Notes under the pieces: generated by a model
What the model saw: the letters and a program-made list of their open reading frames with translations, nothing else
The model's database searches: none
What the model was told of the DNA's origin: nothing
Source of the DNA: Cyanophora paradoxa CCMP329
Lineage: Eukaryota; Plantae; Glaucophyta
NCBI GenBank assembly: GCA_004431415.1
Contig: QPMI01000091.1
Span: 1-64,000 of the forward strand
Length of the DNA stretch: 64,000 bases
Direction of reading: 5' to 3'
In this document: positions 36,094 to 51,121 of the stretch, piece by piece
How positions within the stretch are numbered: position 1 is the first letter of the stretch
How the letters are laid out: every line of letters starts with the position of its first letter
Program-made: the position numbers and the translations under genes

Positions 36094-36180
36094 CCCGCCA
36101 GCGCCGCAGGCGTCCCCGCGTAGCTAGCAGTCAGATCTAGTTCTTTACACAAGGGCCGCACATGTACAGGGCCCCCGCCG

Positions 36181-36761
36181 CTACCTGCGCCTGCCGGGGC
36201 CCCGCTTGCCGCCGGGCCCGGGCCCGGAGCGCTTCAGGGAGCCGAAGGTCTTGCCGGGGAGGGTGGGGAGGTCGGCGGGGCGGCGGCGGCGGCCCGGGGC
36301 GGGGCGGGGCGGCCCCTCGAGCACCTCCAGGTCCTCCAGGTCCTCGTCCAAGGGCACGTCCCACTCCACCTCCCCCAGATCCTCCTCCTCCTCCTCCTCC
36401 TCCTCCTCCGCCGCCGCCGCCGCGGGCGGCGGAGGCGGCGGCGTGTGCGCGCCCCTCGCGCCGCGGGCGCCCCGCTGGGGCCGCTGGGAGCGGGGCCGGC
36501 GGTCGCGGTCGCGGTCGCGCTCGGGCTTGGAGGGCCCGTACTGCAGCGCCCGGCGGAACTCGTCCACGCGCCGCGCCACCGCCGCCGTGATCCGCCCCGG
36601 CCTCCCCGGCCCCGCCCCGGCGCGCTCGGCCCGCCACCGGTGGCGTGCCGGGCGCCGGCGAGGCCCGCGCCGGGAGGAGAAGCGCAGGTCCTCCAGGCGG
36701 CGGCGCGTCTCCGCGCCCACCATGTCCCCGAGGCGCTGCGGAGAGGTCAGGGAAGGCCCGG

Positions 36762-36796
<35 letters not shown>

Positions 36797-38153
36797 CGGG
36801 GGGGGGGGGGCGGGGGGGGAGGGCCGAGGGAGGGGCACGCACGGTGAGGCCAGCGTTGGAGTTGGCCTTGCGGAGGCGCTGGATGGTCTCGCGCACCTCA
36901 GCGCGCGTCCGCTCGAGCTCCACGCGCAGCGTCTCCTGGCTGATGACGAGCGCCCCGGAGCCGCCCACGACCCTCTGCTGCGCGTAGTCCGACGTCGCTG
37001 CGCGGCGCGCGTCAGGCGGCAGCGGCGGCGGGGCGCGGGGCGCGGGGAGCAGAGCGGAGGGGAGGGGAGCGGACCGACGATGAGCTTGAAGTCGGTGTTC
37101 TTGTAGAGGCGGAGGAGCTGGTGGGCCTGCGCCTCGATGAAGCTGTCCGCCGTCTGGCCCTCCTCCGTGTACACCACGTGCACGCCCTCCCCGCCCCCCT
37201 CCTTGCTCACCGACACGAACCCTGCCGCCCCCGCCTCAGCCCCCCGCCCCCCGCCCCTCGCCCGAGCCAGGCGCCAGGCGCTGGGGGCAGACCCTGCGCG
37301 TACTGGGCGTCGAAAACGACCTGCGCGCGCTTGGTCAACACCCCTTCCAGGCTTCAGAGCACCCGTATCAAAGTCAGCGGTTGCCGACCTCGACCTTCCA
37401 GGAGCGAGCCGAAGCGAAGTCGATTAGCCAGTCGATTAGCAGCTGCCGCGCCTGGGAGGGGGGTGGCCTCAGTGAGAAGTGGGGCACCGCGCCGGAAGCT
37501 CGAGACCGGGCCGGGCGCGCCTGGGCCATCTCCCCTTCCACGGCCAGCTTCCTCAGGTGCTCCCAGGCCCCAATCTGCCGCCCGGCCCGTCAGCCGCTGA
37601 GCTCCGCCGAGCCGCGCCCTCCGAGGCTCGCCGAGGGCAAACGCGGGGCTCTATGGCGAGGCCGAGTGTGAAGGCCGCCGGGCGCGGCTCACAGTGTTAT
37701 ATCCGTCTACGACCAGGAGCGTGTTGCGCTGGCCCATGTCGACCTGTGCGCGAGTCGGCCGGCACGTCCCGGGTCCGGCAAACAATTGCGGACCAAAAGG
37801 TGCTCGTCCACCTCCGTCTTCCGAGCCTCGACCGCGAAGCCGTGCCGCTTTGGAGGCAGGTTTAGAGGACCGGACGCGCTCAGCCGCCGCACGAGGCTGC
37901 GAGATGCGCGTGACCTACCCGCGCGCACGCGCTCGGGCGCGGCCGGCGCGGCACACCTGAACCTTGCCGTCCCGCCGAGATACGAGCAGCAGAACCGACG
38001 GGCGCCGCGCGTCAGCGCAGGCGCCTCGTTGCCGCGCAGAGCCGCCGACGCCGCCACGCCGCACAACGCGCCCTGGGCAGCCGACGGTCGGGCGCTCGCC
38101 GGGCCGTCGGCGCGCGCCGCCGACGGCAGCGCCGGCCCCGTGAAGCCGAGCAT
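36181..38153 (-). CDS. YacP/Rae1-like NYN-domain ribonuclease, probably plastid-targeted (multi-exon)
   Basis: LLVVDGYN.IGAW, VVFDAQY, VVYTEEGQTADSFIE, ATSDYAQQ...GALVIS; N-terminus MLGFTGP...A/S/R-rich. Confidence 0.85.
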
Positions 38154-38244
38154 CTTGCCCTCAGCAGTGGCTTGCGAAGAATCGTGTGCCCCCCCCCCCT
38201 GCACAGAGCGCCGAGAGGCTCAGAGCGCCGAGAGCGGCGCCATC

Positions 38245-39971
38245 ATGTCGCGGCTGAGCGCCGCGACTTGGTCGGGCGCGATTCCTTGTTTGGTCACGCT
38301 AGCAGAACACGAGCTCGTATCTCTAAACCCGCCGCCTCCCCTCACCGTGCGCCCGTCTGAGCTCACCGAACGTCGGGCGGACGTCGAGCTCACCGGCGGC
38401 CCCGCGCAGCTCATGCTCAACCGCTTGAGCTACCTTCCGCTGTACGAGGCGCAAATCCGGGCACATTTCGCGGAGCACGTCCCGCCGATCGAAGACCAGC
38501 TCTGGTTCGACTTCGCCGGCCGGCCGCTGAAGTGGTGAGCATGCGGCGCAGCGTTTGAAGCGTACGCGGCTGATCGGCACGCGCCGCGGCAGGCACGTCC
38601 CCATCGGCGTGCTCTTCGACCTGATGGCGGGGACCGAGGACTTGCCTTGGAAGTTGCAAGCGCACTTCACTCAGTTCCCGGCAGACACGCTGCTGCGCTG
38701 CGCGGGCGAGGAGACCGCGCGGCAGTACTACATGAACTCGATGAAGGAGGTAGGGGCGCGGGCGCGTCGCGGCCGCCCAGCGCGGCCGACGGGACCGCGC
38801 AGGCGGTGTACCTGCGGCTTGGGACGGTACGCCCCGTCATTGGGATGACGAAGCAAGACCAGGAGGCGTTGTGGGAGTCCATCAAGGCTGGCGCGCGCGT
38901 CCCCTCGCCGTCCCCGCCTCCCGCCCCTCTGACGCCATGCGGGCCTCTGCAGAGAACCACGAGCGGTTCGTCGCGGCGTACAGGCAGCTCACGGCGGAGG
39001 GCGCGAAGATGCCCCTCAAGCACGTGCCCCTGCGGGTCCTCGTCTGGGGCCGCCCCACCGCCCAGCTCCCCATCATGCCCACCGACGAGTCCGGTGCGTG
39101 GCCCGCCCCGGCAGCCCGTCTCAGGCGAAACCCGGCGCGTCGCAGGGCGGGAGCGCTGCCTAGCCGACGCCCTTGGCTTGTTCCTTCCTGACCTCTTTCC
39201 CGAGTTCGCCCCCGCCCGCCCCCCGCCCGCCCCGGAGGCTCCGCCCGCACCCGCGCCCGATGCGCCGAGCGCCCCCTCCGCCGGCACCCCGCCCGCCCCC
39301 ACTCCCGAGGCGCCGAACCCATCCCCCGCCGACGCCCCCGGGGAAGCCGAGGCGGCTGCCCCCGTGGCACCGCCCCTCGTGCAGGCGCCTTCCGCCCCTC
39401 CGCCCGGACGCCCCGCGCCCTCCGAGCCGGCGCCCGCCGGGCTCGCCCCGCCCGAGCTCCCCGCGCCTCCCGCCTCCCCGTCCCTCTCCCCCGCCGCCCC
39501 GGGGCGCCCGGTAGCCCGGGCAGCTCTCGCCGGCCCCGTCGGCCTTCCCTCCACGTCGTCGCACAAGAAGCTGCCGCCCCTGCCGCCCCTTCCCCGCGCC
39601 CCTCCTCGGCCTCCTCCCTCGCCCCGCCCGCCCGCCGGCCCGCCAGGTGCGGGAGGAGGCGCAGGGCGAGGCGGCGCGCCCTGAAGGGACCTCGCCGTCC
39701 CCGGCCTCCAGCCCGCCGGTCCCCGCCCGCCCCGCCCCGCCCCGCCCCGCTCGCTCGGAGACCGCCCCCTCACCGGCCCCGCCCCGCCCCGCCCGCAGAG
39801 CGCGAGGCATCCGCGGCGGCGGCTGCAGCGGCGGCGGTGCCGGCGGAGCACGGGCAGTTCACGGTGACGGTGCAGGGGATCCGCCCGGCGCTCACAACGG
39901 GCCTCGTCTGGCTCTCCGAGGCCCTCGCGCACCCCGACGGCTTCACGTACCTCGTCGTCGCCCGCCGCTGA
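38245..39971 (+). CDS. ATG5: Autophagy protein 5 (multi-exon) with Pro-rich insertion
   Basis: [60 protein letters not shown]. Confidence 0.93.
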
Positions 39972-40283
39972 GCCCCGCCCCCACTGCATGCGCACCGGCG
40001 CTGTCTCGCACTCGAGCTTCTTGAAATGAAATCAAAACGCGGCCTGGCCTGCTGCGGGGGGGCGGGGCCAGGAGGGGGGCGGGGCAGACGCGCGGGCGGG
40101 GCGCCGGCGACGGCAAGGGAAGGGGTGCGAGAATAGCCGCGGAGTACGAACGGCGGCAGGAGCGGATGGTCGACAGGCGAGGAAGAGGGCGGGGGCGGGG
40201 TATGCGGACGGTGTGGAGTGTCGGAGGGAGGAAGGCGGGAGGGGCGAGAAGAGAGGAGAGGATCGGAGGGGCCTGTGTGGGGG

Positions 40284-41724
<1,441 letters not shown>

Positions 41725-41939
41725 CGCTCCTCCTAAGTTCGAGCCTTGAGACCTCCAAGGGCGAAGGCCGCTCAACCCGTCGACAGTGTACCCCCGGGAT
41801 CAATTTCAGAAAACAATTCAACTGAGCCGCAGAGGCAGCAACGAGAGCGGCGGCAGCGGAGGCAGCGGCAACCGGTCGGCGGTGAGGAGGCCGACACCAG
41901 AAGCTGCGTTGCGTCGGTGCGCGACCGCGTGGTGGCGGC

Positions 41940-44900
41940 ATGATCTTCGACGGCCTCCGCTTCGCGTGGGCGGGGCCCGGGTCGCGCAGCCAGGTGTGCA
42001 TCGCTCGTTCATGCGAGTTCCTTTCGCAAGGCCGCGCGCGGCGTGCCCTCCGGGGCCCCGTGCTGCTTCGCGCCAAAAACACGGACCGACCTGTGCTGGC
42101 GCGCAGCGCTACCAGGAGCTGGTGCAGGACCACGGGGGAACGTGGTACGGTGCTGATCTATGCTCTGGGGAGAGAGCGTTCGTGCTCTGTGACGACGTGA
42201 GGAGTCCGCTCTACAAGGTGCCCGGGCTCCCGCCAAGTCTGACAGGTCCGCGTGTCAAGCGTGCATGCGAGCAGGATGCGGTGCGGGAGAATTGCACGGT
42301 TGTCCTGCCCGCGTGGGTGGAGGAGAGCGTCAATCGTGGGAAGCTCCTGCCGCCCGACAAGTATCGCACGCGGCCACTGGCTGGCATCATGTGCACGATA
42401 GCTGGAAAGCTCGAAGTAGACGGCAACACTGCTGGTGAGCAGATGCGGCGCCTTCTGTGCCTTCGCACACTCTGATCGCCGCGAAGCCGAACGCGAGAGG
42501 ATATCCGAACTCGTTGTTTCACTCGGCGGCGTCTACAGCGGCGCCATGGACCTGAACAAAACCACGCACATCATCGTTCTCGTGCGCGCGGTGGCCGCAC
42601 CAGCCTTGCCCGCCCCAATCCTGCAGCAGGACAAGGAGTACGAGTCGTCCGAGAAGATCAAGAAGAACATGAAGCTGAAGAACAACAAGAAGATCGTTGT
42701 GCGCAGGGCCTGGCTCGACGCCTGCATTGAACGGCAAGGTGTGCTCGCCCGCTCTGGCCCGGGTGGGGCGCCCGCCGAGGAGGGTCGGCAGCGTGCGCGG
42801 ACGAGGAGGAATTCAAGGTGGACATCACCCCGCCGGCGGTCGCCGCCGCGCCAGCGGTCGCACGCGGTGCGCGGCGGGCCTGCGCTGCGAACACGGGGGC
42901 GGCAGCGAGCAGGGCCCGCAGAGGTCGACGTGGAGCGAATGGAGCGGGAGGCGATGGAGGCGCTCGAGGCGAGCCTCTACCTCGACTCGGTCCGGGCCGT
43001 CTTCTCCTCGGTCTGCTCCCCGGCCCCGTCCCGCCGCCCCGCGCCGGCGCCCGCTGAGGGCGGCGCAGGCGCTGGAGAAGGGGCCGGAGGGGCAGCTGCG
43101 GGACGCGACGCTCCTTGCGCGGCGCAGCGGCGTCTTCCGCCTGCCCCTCTGGCGCCGCGACGTCACGCACCTCATCGTCGTCGACCGGCCCACCGAATCG
43201 TGCCCCCTGCGCCCCCTCCTCCGCGCCCCGCCGGCCGCTGACGGCGAGACAGGGACCTGGGCCGGATGCAGGCGATGCAGGCCTCGCCGCTGGTCGTGCG
43301 GCTCGAGTGGCTGCGGGCCTGCGCCCAGGCGAAAGAGCACCTGGACGAGGAGCCGTTCCTCTACCGGCCCGCCCCCGCCGACGCTGACGGCGGTGTGTGC
43401 CGCCCGCCCCGCCCGCTCCGCTCCTTCCGACCCCCGCTGCAGCCCTGCCGCCGCGGGCGCCGCCGCGGCGGACGGCGTCGGGCGCCTCGGCGGCGTCGCA
43501 GCGGGCGCCGGTGCCGCCTCCGGAGGCGTCGCGCGGCTCGTCGCCCGTGCCGGGCGCGGAGAGCTCGCGGGACGGGTCGGCGGGGGCGGCGGCCGAGGAT
43601 GGGGACCCGTTCGCCGAGTTCCTGACCTACTACGAGAACGGCGGCAGCTCGCGCGACTCGACTGCCTCCGCCTCGCGCGACGCCCCGGCCGCGCCCCGCG
43701 CCTCCCCGCCCCCGGTCGCCGCCCGCCCGTTCGCCTTCGCCTCCGCCGCCGCCTCGGCGCCGTCCCCCCCGCCTCCCGCCCTCGTTCCGTACCAGCCGCC
43801 CTCCGAGCCGGCGCCGGCCGAGCTCTCCTTCGACGCGTGCTCGATGCCGGCCCCCTCGGGCGCCGCGGGGCAGGTCGCGCCGCCGCCGCCCCCCCCGGGC
43901 CTCTTCGAGGGGGTCCTCGTCCTCTGCGACGAATCCCTGCCCTTCCCCTTCGTGCGCCCGCTCGGATCCGCTTGCCGTTCTCGCATCTCTGAGCCGCCCG
44001 CAGCGGGACCAGTACCGGGTCGGCTTCGAGCGGCTCGGGGGCAGCTGGTTCGAGGGCGTGCCGTCCCCGGGCGCCGAGCGGGCCCTTCTCGACCAGGCGC
44101 TCGCCTACGCGCGCTTGAAGGCTCGCCCGCCAGCCAGCCTCGCCGGCGCCCGGCCGCTCCCCGCGGGTCTCAGCGCGGCTGGCAGGTTCTGCTTGTGGCG
44201 GAGCGGAAGGCGCTGGAGGCGTGCGTGGCGCCCTTCCCGCACATGCTCCTCGCCCTCGACCGCTGGCTCCTCTTCTGCTTCGAGGCAGGCGCCCCCTCCG
44301 AGCCGCCGCCGCCCCTCCCGCTGACGCCGCGGCGGGCGCCAGCACCGGCGAGTCTTCAGCCCGCTGGAGGCGGTGATGTTCCGGCCGACGCCGGCGTGCG
44401 CGAGGATGGAGGGCCTCGCCCGCCGCCGCGTCGCCTTATCGGGCTTCCCCGACGTCGAGCGGAGCGCGCTGGCGGCGCTGCTGGAGGCGATGGGCGCCCA
44501 GCCGAAGGGCGCCGGGGAGCGGATGAAGAAGAGGGAGACGGAGATGCTGGTGTGCGCGGAGGCGCAGGGGACCAAGTACCTCGCAGCCACCAACTGGAAC
44601 ATCCCCGTCGTCTCCGGCGAGTGGGTCTACCAGACCGCCCGCTCCGTGCGCCCCGCCCCGCCGCCCCGCCCCGCCCCGCCCCGCCCCGCCCGACGGCGAT
44701 CGCAGGGCCGCATGCAGCCCTACGCGGACTTCCCGCCGCCCCCGTTCAAGCTCATCCCGACGCCCGCGGTGAAGAAGGAGAAGGACGGGCCGGCGGCGCT
44801 GTCGGGCGCGCCCTCGGCCCCCGAGGACAGCCTCTCGGGCTTCCCCCAGGGCTTCGGTGCGGCCGCCGCAAACAGGCGCATCGAAGCTTCTGGCCTGACG

Positions 44901-47900
44901 CGGTGCGGCAGACGAGAGCAGCCAGGCGGGGCCCTGCGGCAGCGCGCCCGTCCCCCCACACGACGACAAGGAGAATTCGATGCCGCCACCGGTGCGCGCC
45001 GAGCCCCGGCGCGCGCTCTCTCTGTCTCGCTCGCCTCCGCCGCCGACTCCAGCGCCGGGACGCGCGTGTACAGGAGCGGGGGCTCGCCCGAGCGGGGAGC
45101 TCGCAGCGGAGCTCGCTCCTCGCGCAGGTCATCGCCAGCGCCGAGAGCCAGAGCCCCAAGAAGCGTGCCGCCGACTCCGCCCGCCGCCCGGCCCTCGCCC
45201 GTCCCGCGGTGCGCTCAATGCGCCCCGCGCCCGTCGCCTTCGCGGGCTAGCCTCACGGGGACGCAGGGCGGGCGCAACCCGAACCCGTTCGCGGCCGGCG
45301 CGGCGCGGCGCGGAAGCCGGGGGGCGCCGGGGCGGGCGGGCGAGCCCCTCCGCGGCGTCGAAATCCTCCTCTCCGCCGAGCAGACGGTCCGGGCCGACTC
45401 TCCCCGCGCTCGCGGCCACGCGTTAGATTGTGCGCGCAGGCGCTCGACCGGTTCGAGGAGCTCTCGCAAGTGGCGCGGGGCCTCGGGGCGACCCTCGTGC
45501 ACGCCCTCGCCCCCTCCGTCACCCACGTCATGCACCGTGCGCCCCTGTTCCCGTCCACTTCGTCTGCGCCCGTTCGCCCCGCTCACCTTCCGGTCAGAGG
45601 CGAAGCTGGCGGGCGAGCAGTGCGACGAGCTGCGGGCCGCCCTCGAGCGCGGCATGCGGCCGCACGCCGTGAGCCCCCGCTGGCTCTACGAGGTTCGTCC
45701 CCCGCGCCTCCCGCCGCCCGCGCCCCGCCCGCCGCCCTCACCCCGGTCTCAGTGCGACAAGCGGCGCGCGCGGCTGCCCGAGGCGGACTTCCCCTGCTTT
45801 GCGGGGCCGGCCGAAGCCCCCTCGCCGCGCCGCGCGGCCGCCTCGTCGGAGCCCGCCGCACCCGCCCTTCCGCCGGCCTTTGGCAAGGACCCGCGGAAGC
45901 GGGCGGCGGCCGGCGGCGGCCCCGCGCACTCTCCGCCCTCAAAGGCGGCGGCCACGCCGAGCCGCCGCCGCTCGCCGCGGCTGCACGCGGGCGAGGAGGC
46001 AGAGGAGCTCGTGCCGCCGGCCCCCGCAGAGGCGGAGGCCGCGGACGCGGATGCGACCATGGACCTGGCCGGCGAGTCGCCCGAGGTCGGCGGCGCGCCT
46101 TTCTTCGAGGACTGGGGTTCGGATCCCGCCGACGTCGCCCCGCCCCTCCCGTCGCCTCCAAAGGCCTCCGCCGCGCCCGCCCCGGCGCCCGCCTCGCCAG
46201 CCGCTGCCCCCGCGGGCTCCCCCTTGGCCCGGTCCCGGCCCTCCTCTGCTCGGGCCTCCCCGGCGCGCCCGTCTCCCGCGCGCCCCTCCTCGGGGGCCGC
46301 CGCGGCTCCCCGCAGCTGCAGCGCCGGCGGCACAGGCCGCTTCGTCGCAGCCGCGGGCGGCGGAGGAGGAGGAGGACGAGGGGAGGGAGGCAGCGTCGAG
46401 CCCCGCGTCGCGGTCAGGCCGGCCGACGCTCCCGCCGGAGCTGGCGCCGCCCACGCCCGAGGCCAGCGCGCGAGGGGGCGGCTCCGGGGCCGGCACGCCG
46501 GCCAAGGAGCCCGAGGCGCGGGCGGCCGAGGTGGCGGGGGTGCAGGAGGAGGCCAAGGACACGCCCATTCAACGGATCACGAAAGGAATCGCGAACGGCA
46601 TCACGAAGATCTCGCCCAAGTCCATCGCGAACGGCATCACGAGCGGCGTGAAGGCTGCCGGCAAGCTGATGGGGATGGCCAGCAGGCCCTTCACCCGGCT
46701 CTTCGGCTCGCAGTCCGGCCAGGAAGCCGAGCCCGGCGCCGAGGCCGAGGCCGAGGCCGAGGCGAAGCCGGACGTTGAGGCCGAGGCGGAGTCCGAGGCG
46801 GAGCCGGCGGCGGAGTCCGAGGCGGAGGCGCAGGCAGAAGAGAAGATGGATGCAGAGTCGGCCGAACCGGTGGCGGCGGCGGCGGCGGCGGCGGCGACGG
46901 ATCGGTCGGACTCGCAGAATGATCTGTTGGACGAAGACTTCATGCCGATGGGCAAAGAATTCATCCCGATGCCGGCGATGCCGGCTGCCCCGACCCCGGC
47001 GCCTGTCCCCGTCGCCAACTCCTCCCGCGCGTTCCAACGACCGTTACGGCCCATGCCGCCCCGGCCCGGCCGCCCCCGCGGTGAGCCGCGCTGCGCCGCC
47101 GGCGCCATCTCCGTCGCCTGACCCGCCGCACGGCAGCTGCCGCGCCGCAGGCGGTCTCGCCGCCCCCCGACCCGGTCACAGAGAGCCAGGTGCGAGCCCG
47201 TTCAGGCGCCGGAGCGGGGTGCGGGAGGGCAGAAGTGACGGGGGCGGGGCGGCAGTGGATGGCGGCGGAGCCGTCGATCGAGGTGGTGTACAACGGCAAC
47301 CCGGGGCTCACGGCCTCGCAGCAGCGCCGCTGCGCGATCGCCGACAAGTCCCGCGCCAACCGCGTCATCTCCTCCAAGGACGCCAACCTGCCCGACTCGC
47401 AGTACACCTCCTACCACCACCACCCCTCCTCCTCCTCCCCCGCCTCCCTGCCCCTCTCGGACTCGGAGGAGGCGCCTGCCCCCGCGCCCCCTCCCGCCCC
47501 CGCCCCCCGCGCCCCCGCGGCCTCCGCATCCCAGCTCCCCTCCTCCGACCGCGAACGGATGCCTCCCCCCGCCCGGCCCGCCTTTGCACACCGCCAAGCC
47601 TCGGCCTCCTCCCTCGGCCGAACCCTCCCCACGGAGCCGCCCGCCGCGCCGCCCGCCGCGCCGCCCGCCGCGCCGCCCGCCGCACCGCCCGCCGCGCCCC
47701 TGGACCCGCCGCTGCCTCCCCCTTCGCCCGCTGCGCCGCTGGCGCCGCCGGCGCCGGCGGAGGCGCCAGTGCCGGCACCGGCACCGGCTGCCGAGGCGGA
47801 GGAGGAGGAGGAGCTGGTGGGGGCATCGCCTGCGGCGGGGACGAGTTCAGCCAGCTGGCTGGCGCGCTTAGGGGGCAGCGGAGCGAGCGGAGCGGGCGGG

Positions 47901-48091
47901 GCCAGCCGATGCGCAGCAGGGGCGCCGCCCGCCTCTCCCCGTGGCCTGGGCGGCGGCGCCGGACCCCGAGGCGGCGCCGCTCTCGCCCGACGCGACGCGG
48001 GACGAGGCGGCGCGCGGGCCGACGCCGCCCGTCCGGCGCTCCCTCGGCCTCTCCAGGGGCGACGCCTCGCCGCCCTCGCCCGAGAAGCAAC

Positions 48092-48122
<31 letters not shown>

Positions 48123-49598
48123 GCCCGTTGCCGGCCCCTCGGCCGCCCCGCAGCAGCTGCGGAGGAGGAAGAGGGGGCGGGGAGAGCCCGACGGTGGCCA
48201 TCGACCTGGACGCGGAGGAGGCGACGCCCCCGGCACCAGGCTCCCGCGGCGCCCGCGCCCCGGCGGCAGCGCCGGCTCGCGCGGCTCGCGGGGCAGCTCG
48301 GGCGGCAAGCGCAAGCGGGGTGCCGGCTCCCCCGCGGAGCCCGAGGCGGGGAAGCAGGGGACCCCGCCGGAGGAGGCGGCGAGCGGGCGCCGCACGCGGA
48401 GCCGGGCCTCGCAGGAGGCGGCCGCCGGCTCGCCGCGCACGGCCGGCACCTGCCGCGTCCTCTTCTCTGGGTTCACCGACGACGAGAGGCCCGCCATGGA
48501 AGGTGCCAGCCCCGCGCGCCCCGCCTCGCCCCCGCGCCTTCGTCCTTGGCCGCTGAGGCGGCCCCAGCGCGCGTGCGGGAGGCGGGCGGTGTCGTGCTGC
48601 CGAACGGCCCCGAGAGCTACGCGAATGCTACCCACCTCGTCTGCGCGAACCTCGTCAAGGCGGGCGCCAAGGCACGCCCACGCCGCCCCGCGCCGCGCCC
48701 CGCGCCGCGCCCCCGCGTGCGAGCCACCGCGCAGGTCTACGCGGCGGTGGCGGGGGGCAAGTGGGTGCTGCGGCCCTCGTGGCTCGACCCCGCGCGCTCG
48801 CCGGGCGCGAGACGGCTGCTGCCGGACGAGGCGGCGCACGAGTGGGGGCCGGAGGACGTGCGCGCGCTCCTCGCGGGGGAGCCGGCGGCAGACAGGGAGC
48901 GCCTGCTGGCCCTGGGGCACGCGGTGCGGGCGAGCCGGGAGGCGCGCGAGGCCGGCGCCCCCGGCCTCTTCTCCTGCTGGGGCCGCTCCTTCATCCTCGA
49001 GGCGCCCGACGAGCGCGACTGGGCCCGCAGGCTCGTCGCCGTCCTCCAGTGCGGGGGCGCGCAAGTCGAGACGAAGCCGACGCGGGCCAGCTACCTCGCC
49101 TGCGCCCGCGCCTTCTTCAAGAGCGGCGAGGCGATCGCCAGGGGCCCCTCTTGGCTGGGGCCGCTCGTCAAGGCCGGCACCATCCCCGCCCTCCTCACCT
49201 CCTACGTCGAGGCGTGCATCGCGCACCAGAAGGAGCTCCCGGCCGGCGAGCCCCGCTTCCACCCCCTCCAGTCCGCCGCGCGCGACACCGGTCCGGCCCG
49301 CCCTCGGCCGTCCCCGGCGCCGCCCTCACGCCCGCCCCCGCAGAAACGCAGCAGAGGCAGCATGGGGGCAGGAAAACGAGCGCAGGCGCGTCTCAGCAGC
49401 CGGCGGCCTCAGCGCGGCAGTCGATGCCTGCCAACAGTCTCAACGCCGCCGCCAGCAGCGCGGCCCAGAAGCGCAGGCGCGTTGCCCCGCCGCCTCCCTC
49501 AGCCTAAGGTCAATCTAACCCGCTTTGATTTGCCGCGCAGGGATGCGTCGGGAAGCGGGGCAGCCGCGAGCCAGTCCAAGAAATCGCAGCGCAAGTGA
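41940..49598 (+). CDS. TOPBP1: Multi-BRCT scaffold protein, TOPBP1/Dpb11-like (multi-exon; may be more than one gene)
   Basis: About eight BRCT-like units (LGGVYSG..TTHII..WLDAC; KYLAATNWNIPVVSGEWV; VTHVMH..VSPRWLYEC; ATHLV..AVAGGKWVLRPSWLD) separated by low-complexity linkers. Confidence 0.65.
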
Positions 49599-49625
49599 TC
49601 CGTTTCGCCGAGGACTTCTTTATAA

Positions 49626-50210
49626 TTACATGTACACACGTACAATCCGAAATATGTTGCATTTTTCGCAAGCGATGCGAATACCGGCGGAAGAAGCGAT
49701 GTTCAGGCCTGCGCTACCGGTCAGGGCGCGCGGTACGGGCGGGGAAGGGCGGGTCGCGCGCACGGAGTCGAGGCGGGCGAAGATTCTGTCGCTGTCGGAG
49801 ACGTACTCGCCTTGGAACTCCAAGACGGGGATTTTGTTCTCGGGGTTGATCCGCGCGAGCAACTCCGGCTTCGCGTGTGGGTCTACGTGGACGAACTCGT
49901 ACTGCATCCCGCGCCGGTCCAGCGCCTGCTTCACCTTCATGCTGCGGGGACAAATTGTGTGAGGATTGTGCGGCGGGACGTCGACAGAAGAGAGCGAAAC
50001 GCGCAGAGGGCACGCACGTGTACGGGCAATTCCTGCGCATCGGGGCGCGATCGCGAGCCGCGAAAGTCACGGACTCGTGCGACTGGGCGCGAGGCGGGAG
50101 AGCTCGAGCACGGGAGAATTCGCGCACGGGGACCCAAACAGGCGGGTGGGCGTCGGCCTCGCGCCGGGCTGCTCGCCAGGGCCGGTGCCGTAGGTGTACC
50201 GGGTTGCCAT
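49626..50210 (-). CDS. Small GST N-terminal / glutaredoxin-like protein (multi-exon, 3' end uncertain)
   Basis: RLFG-NCPYT-MKVKQAL...YEFVHVD...INPENKIPVLEFQGEYVSDSDRIF. Confidence 0.75.
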
Positions 50211-51121
50211 CGAGGAGCGCGTCAGCTGCTGCGGTGTGCGAATAAACCTGGAAACACTGACAGCGCGAGCCCTGTCCATAGCTGTAGGGAGATCTCGCGA
50301 TGCCGAGGGGACGGGCCGGGGAGGGGATGCCGGGCCTAGCTTGCAATTGTTCGGGCCCGGCCCGGCGGGAAGGGGAGTTCGAAATTTTAGTGAGGGGGCC
50401 CTGAGGGGAGCGGGGGCTTAACGTGATCGATATCGTTCGGGCCCGGGGAGGATCCGGAGAATTCGAGGCCAGACGTCGACTCTGAGATCTACATGGGGGG
50501 CATGCATATAAAACTCGAATTCGAACTTTGTGGGGGGAGGGCGGCCGGGGGGAATTCGAAGCTTAAAGGAGTCTAGCCTAGTAGATCTAGATCTGCGCAT
50601 GCGGCTCTTCGACCTGTTAGCTAAATTTTTTTTTTTAAGTGTGAATCTACGTATATATATATACGATCTGATCACGGTCATCATGCATACGTGAGGCTCG
50701 GAGCTCGAGCTCGCCGTGCACTGTGCATTTCGAACTTATCGCACATGTACAGGTTCACTGAGCCAATTGCAAAGGATCCCGGATCGGAGCGACTCGGTTG
50801 CAATTGAAGTTTCAAGTTCGTCAAATTGCCGCGCAGTGCGATTCGAATTCGAATTCATGATTCAATGATTCAGTGATTCATGATTTTGGGAGCCCTGTTC
50901 GACGGTCGCAGAAGTGGAGCCGATAGCTAGTGGAGAGGGCCTCGGACGGGGGTGATCAAGGTCTACCTAGGGCGACTCTGCAGCTTCACTCGCGACGGCC
51001 AAGTGGCTGACACGCCTCAAACACTGCAAGCGGCCCGGAGGGGGCACAGCCGGTTGGGGGGCGGCGGGATGGGCGAGGCCCTGAGGGTGGCGTTTGCCGC
51101 AGGGCTAGCGCTGGGGTGCGT

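Noticed and set aside
36763-36819. Very long poly-G run
   Set aside because: Intronic low-complexity tract whose length is unreliable in assemblies
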